NCBI GenBank assembly: GCA_047625285.1
Contig: JBLHQO010000001.1
Span: 1-45,097, forward strand
Length of the DNA stretch: 45,097 nucleotides
Reading direction: 5' to 3'
Source of the DNA: Oceanospirillaceae bacterium
GTDB taxonomy: Bacteria > Pseudomonadota > Gammaproteobacteria > Pseudomonadales > Balneatricaceae
This document shows positions 43,349-45,097 of the stretch, piece by piece. Made by a program: the position numbers and the translations under genes. Numbering within the stretch: position 1 is the stretch's first letter; every line of letters starts with the position of its first letter. The notes below the pieces were generated by a model. It was not told where the DNA came from and did no database searches. It was given only the letters and a program-made list of their open reading frames with translations.

Positions 43349-43631
43349 ACGACAAAAAAATAACACTAGACAATAGGCCCCTACAGTCAGAGCGCAGTAA
43401 TATGTCTAACAGTTACTTGGAAGTAACGTAATCACTCCCAAACTGCAAAGAGCATGGATGCGTTATTAATGACCTGAATGAAATAATTAGAAGAAAAAAC
43501 GACGCCGCAAACAATTGCTAGCTGCCTAAGCCCATAGTTTCAGCCTGTCAGCCAAACAAAAGCCGATCACAATCAAGGGTATTTTTTGGTCTACTATCGC
43601 CAGATTTACCAGCTTTGGTAGCCATGTAGCA

Positions 43632-43718
43632 CTACAAACCAAGGATTTTCAATCGAATTGATATAGCCTGCTCAGAAGCATCAAACTTCCTAGCCAAGAT
43701 ATAAGCCGCCCATCCTTT
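43632..43718 (-). pseudogene. Possible 3' remnant of an ImmA/IrrE-family metallo-endopeptidase gene
   Basis: Frame reads KGWAAYILARKFDASEQAISIRLKILGL-stop with an in-frame stop upstream; resembles the LA..F.VS..A...RL..LGL C-terminus. Confidence 0.4.
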
Positions 43719-43917
43719 TTAAATTCACTTTTTACTAGGTCAGATGGGGGCGTCGAAAATATACCTTATGAGATATAATAGACCAATGGTCACGGTGTTT
43801 TTCAAGATGGCTGGCAATTTGTATCGTGAGGCGGCCCTGCAACTGTGGCGGTTGTTTGCGCATCTCTGCAGAGACACCTTGCCGGTGTCCACCAATTGCT
43901 TGAGAGCGGTTGGTCTG

Positions 43918-44841
43918 TCACTTTGGGAGTGGGGTCCGTGGAGGTGCAGGCACAGTTTTAGACCGTGCTCGCTCCCTCCAGACTATTATCAACCCACCAG
44001 TTGCGATCAGCAGGGCACCAGGGAATAAGGTACTCCATGGTGCTTCGTCAAAGAACAGCCACCCCAAGACGAATGCGAGTGGAATGCCGAAATAACTGAA
44101 TGGGGCTAAATTACTCTGCTCAGTCATCCGATAGCTTACCACCAGAAACAGCACTGCTGTGCCACCAAACACTCCCATCAACACGATCCAGCCCATGTCA
44201 TTCGCAGAGGCTATCGGTGTGAAACCACCCCAGAAGTAAGCAATCAAAGTTGCTCCAATTAACGATGTGACGGAAGAATACAGATTGACCAACGGGCTTG
44301 GGACATCGTCATCAAACAAACGTGCTGTCACCCCAACTAGGGCGTAAAACGCGGCCGCTGCCAAAGGTAAAAAAGCATAAAGGGAAAAGCCTGCGCCACC
44401 TGGCCGAATAACCATGATAACACCAATAAAGCCCACCAAAACGGCACTCCAGCGTACCCAGCCAACCCGCTCTCCCAAAATGGGGATTGCCAGTGCAGTG
44501 GTAAATAATGCACTGGCATAAGTGATAGTCGATGCCGTAGCAAACGCCATTAACCCCAAGGACATATAAAAGCAAAGTTGGGCAAAGGTCACAACAGCGC
44601 CGCGCAAAAAAGCCAATTTCCACTGACGCAGTTTTAGACGCCTGCCAGACATTCGCCACACCTTTGATGACCATAAAGCAATTATTGATGGCACCAGCCC
44701 AAACAGGTTCCTCCACACCGATAGCTCGGCTGCTGAGTAGCTGCTTGAAAGGTGCTTGATAATTAAGCCCATGGCATCAAACAACGTCAATGCGACAAGG
44801 CTTAGAATGATGGCAAGGCCAGTCCGGTCTGTGGGGCGCAT
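43918..44841 (-). CDS. DMT (EamA/RhaT) family transporter
   Basis: About ten hydrophobic segments, LGERVGW.RW.AV.VGF.GV....RPG and LAPFSY...FVLGWLFF.E.P. Confidence 0.9.
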   Translation of the reverse strand: MRPTDRTGLAIILSLVALTLFDAMGLIIKHLSSSYSAAELSVWRNLFGLVPSIIALWSSKVWRMSGRRLKLRQWKLAFLRGAVVTFAQLCFYMSLGLMAFATASTITYASALFTTALAIPILGERVGWVRWSAVLVGFIGVIMVIRPGGAGFSLYAFLPLAAAAFYALVGVTARLFDDDVPSPLVNLYSSVTSLIGATLIAYFWGGFTPIASANDMGWIVLMGVFGGTAVLFLVVSYRMTEQSNLAPFSYFGIPLAFVLGWLFFDEAPWSTLFPGALLIATGGLIIVWRERARSKTVPAPPRTPLPK

Positions 44842-45097
44842 AGGAGTCCTAAGGTTATCAGTAGCATAGAGCTTTTGGTATCAAGGGCAGATTAAACTTA
44901 GAGCATGTTTGGATTATCTGGCTGTTTTCATTATGCGGCGCGTGTTCTGTAATGCAAGCGCAGTGTAATACTGCAGACGTCACATCAACCTCAGGCGTTC
45001 GCCACACTTAGTTAGTATGATCTTCTTTCCAGCCAAAAATTACGCCCATCAATGACAGTGATGCCGCTGTAGCCAAAGATTAAACTCAAACGGTCGG

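Noticed and set aside
43744-44095. + strand ORFs of 94 and 61 aa
   Set aside because: No family motifs; they overlap the DMT gene 3' end in antisense
45008-45097. Possible 3' end of a membrane-protein gene entering from the right edge, perhaps frameshifted (DRLSLIF... / LATAASLSLMGVIFGWKEDHTN)
   Set aside because: Under 30 codons visible; cannot be supported without flanking sequence

Overview
Bacterial chromosomal window from a gammaproteobacterium; gene order resembles Pseudomonas/Oceanospirillales. Positions 1-38.4 kb are compact core genome: dgkA-msbA/lpxL, glnE, argA, folA-thyA-lgt-TSUP, NRDE-lysE, ptsP-rppH, a HAD phosphatase, rlmI-like-gcvH-ubiI-ubiH-pepP-ygfB, zapB-like-zapA-6S RNA, cpxRA-like, ilvA, rpiA, serA, and the tRNA-fMet x2-rimP-nusA-infB-rbfA-truB-rpsO-pnp superoperon with recognisable leader and terminator hairpins. 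Positions 38.5-45.1 kb look accessory: glyoxalase I, IalB, a visibly more AT-rich tyrosine-catabolic module, a possible ImmA/IrrE remnant and a DMT transporter. The most interesting item is the hppD-fahA-VOC operon, which lacks hmgA and maiA. Its 176-aa VOC protein carries extradiol-dioxygenase-type motifs and is a candidate non-cupin homogentisate 1,2-dioxygenase. A divergent MarR gene with two tandem palindromic operators probably controls it. All calls come from reading motifs by eye; no searches were run.
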